DNA from: an uncultured Actinomycetes bacterium
GTDB lineage: Bacteria; Actinomycetota; Thermoleophilia; RBG-16-64-13
DNA length: 64,000 bases
NCBI GenBank assembly: GCA_963714175.1
Contig: CAVQNN010000011.1
Span: 111,686-175,685, forward strand
Direction: 5' to 3'
The stretch's first letter is position 1, and each line of letters begins with the position of its first letter. Shown here piece after piece: positions 63,608 to 64,000 of this stretch. Made by a program: the position numbers and the translations under genes. The notes beneath the pieces were generated by a model. The model saw nothing but the letters and a program-made list of their open reading frames with translations, was not told the DNA's origin and did not search any database.

Positions 63608-64000
63608 CTACTGATATCCGTATCCGTAGTTGTAGCCGCGCCCACGGTAGAGACGGCTCTTGGGTTTGACCCCTGTGGCGACCACGCCTATGGCGCGGAC
63701 TCCGGCCCTGGTCAGCAGGCTGCGGACCTCTTCCATCTCTTCTCTCGTACTGGAGTGCAGCCTTGCGCACAGGATCACCGCATCTGCCTGGGGAGCCAGG
63801 GTGAACGCATCGGAGACCGGCAGCACCGGAGGCGTGTCGATCAGCAGGTAGTCGGCTGTGTGCTTCAGCTCGGAGACGACGTAGGCCATCTTGGCAGAGC
63901 CCAGCAACTCGGCCGGGTTCGGCGGGACGGGCCCCGCTGTCATGCAATACAGGTTCTTCTCGAGTACCGTCTCGCCCGACTCCCTTGGCTCCCTGTGAGC
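63608..64000 (-). CDS. BY-kinase (CpsD/CapB/Wzc-type tyrosine autokinase) C-terminal part; the gene continues beyond the window end
   Basis: …TAGPVPPNPAELLGS…LLIDTPPVLPVSDA…ADAVILCAR… and a Tyr-rich tail RGRGYNYGYGYQ*. The listed Met is internal. Confidence 0.7.
   Translation of the reverse strand, partial: AHREPRESGETVLEKNLYCMTAGPVPPNPAELLGSAKMAYVVSELKHTADYLLIDTPPVLPVSDAFTLAPQADAVILCARLHSSTREEMEEVRSLLTRAGVRAIGVVATGVKPKSRLYRGRGYNYGYGYQ

Noticed and set aside
63604-63645. N-terminal extension MGAATTTDTDISRS of the activase ORF
   Set aside because: It overlaps the BY-kinase Gly/Tyr-codon tail in another frame. The internal ATG at 63603 lies 4 nt after the kinase stop and starts a canonical activase N-terminus.

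Overview
This 64-kb window is very GC-rich (about 67-68% by eye) and is densely coding on both strands. It appears to come from an anaerobic, probably Gram-positive-type organism with an SLH-anchored S-layer; SLH domains plus AOR, BcrA-type activase, PaaK and UbiX suggest an anaerobic Firmicutes- or Chloroflexi-like lineage, but this guess is weak.

Main contents, left to right:
- A truncated ABC substrate-binding lipoprotein and a TetR gene carrying an in-frame TGA.
- tRNA-Arg(CCT) next to a degraded flank.
- Nitroreductase, a membrane-domain-PIMT fusion (pcm) and acyP.
- A divergent htrA and OmpR/HK two-component envelope module, an SLH-anchored CE4 deacetylase, uppP and bioY-birA.
- VanW, an FmdE-like protein and a Mo-domain lipoprotein.
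- The dominant feature: a tandem array of three paralogous giant S-layer-type genes (signal peptide, 3 SLH domains, many IPT/TIG domains, a shared C-terminal domain). Each has its own leader and a strong hairpin terminator.
- A minus-strand operon-like cluster of a ModE-type regulator, four zinc-ribbon proteins, a COG4260 SPFH protein and a DUF2207 membrane protein.
- A divergent pair of a bacterial eRF1-like (baeRF) protein and a large HerA/YjgR(DUF853)-like ATPase.
- mscL with a zinc-ribbon tail, rlmKL and polX.
- An anaerobic aldehyde:ferredoxin oxidoreductase module (AOR-Fd-MoaD-UbiX) beside nth and paaK.
- A LOG-CNNM-giant PPDK-like (about 1400 aa)-GAPDH-like operon.
- An orphan BcrA/HgdC-type activase Fe-S operon, and the 3' end of a BY-kinase.

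Many genes (HtrA, HK, BirA, VanW, AOR, PaaK, RlmKL, DUF2207, SPFH and two of the three SLH giants) show apparent +/-1 frameshifts at roughly 1 per kb, and there are two in-frame stops. This pattern looks like homopolymer indel errors of a long-read or metagenome assembly rather than wholesale pseudogenisation. All frameshift positions are inferred by eye from frame switches in the six-frame track. No CRISPR array, integrase, transposase or rRNA was seen.
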